A DNA stretch of 64,000 nucleotides. Origin: Vicugna vicugna. Its lineage: Eukaryota. Positions 63,548-64,000 of the stretch are shown here, piece after piece. Each line of letters opens with the position of its first letter. The stretch's first letter is position 1. The notes under the pieces are model-generated. The model saw nothing but the letters and a program-made list of their open reading frames with translations. It was not told the DNA's origin and ran no database searches. A program made the translations under genes and the position numbers. The stretch spans positions 1,810,419-1,874,418 of the forward strand of contig MU058198.1 of assembly GCA_013265495.1 (NCBI GenBank), read 5' to 3'.

Positions 63548-64000
63548 CCACTCATGAAAAGTTGTAAGGTTTTTTTTTCCTCACACTCTGGTCTTTTGCT
63601 CTCCCAGCCATGATATGCAATTGAAATTCAAACAAGAACCACTAAGCTTTTCTCTCCTTTCAAGAGCAGAATGCTGCTTCATGCTGTATTCAGTGAGCCT
63701 TTCTCTGCCTATATGGTACAATGCCACAGACAGCAACTGTTTCTTTCAGTCCCTTATCTGTCTTTCCTAAACGTAAAGCAGGGACATGGAAAGTCTTCTA
63801 ATAATTCTGGTTTTTCATCTTAGTTTCCACTCTGCTATGCTGAGCAAAATAATCACGGAAGTTGCCATTGCATGTAAGGGTGAGGAGTTGGAAGTTAATC
63901 TTCTAGGCAATGGAAAACAGGCATATTGATTACACAGTAAGAATGGAGAGCAGAAAATAAAAAGAAATGGATGGTAGAGCGCTAGAGCAGATGTGGGGAA

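Noticed and set aside
1..64000. A second gene, full-length RNA gene or novel multi-component system
   Set aside because: I found no antisense exon chain, complete tRNA/snRNA/rRNA or array. Most non-exonic sequence is recognisable repeat or featureless intron, though short ncRNAs could be missed without a covariance-model search (Infernal/Rfam).

Overview
Mammalian, AT-rich, repeat-dense genomic DNA. The whole window lies inside one + strand multi-exon gene for a full-size ABCA-subfamily lipid transporter of the ABCA3-like group, most similar (from recall) to the testis-expressed Abca14/15/16 paralogues. I traced 23 consecutive coding exons by hand (67 to 62870; 3976 nt, about 1325 codons). 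All splice phases are compatible and there are no stops or frameshifts. They cover most of TMD1, NBD1, R1, TMD2/ECD2, NBD2 and the start of R2; the gene's 5' and 3' ends lie outside the window. Introns hold LINE-1 of several ages, L2, MIR, MER20, Charlie1, MLT1 LTRs and microsatellites. The young L1 3' ends and the lack of recognisable Alu/B1/Bov/PRE/CAN SINEs tentatively suggest a camelid. I found no new multi-gene system. The best observations are small-scale: a TSD-flanked, tailless retrocopy of a 5' tRNA-Trp half; an acceptor whose pyrimidine tract is replaced by (TG)16; an exon whose splicing regenerates the upstream donor; a GC-AG intron with a competing poison GT donor; and several unusual L1 insertion structures. 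Repeat family names are from recalled consensus sequences, not database searches, and repeat boundaries are approximate.
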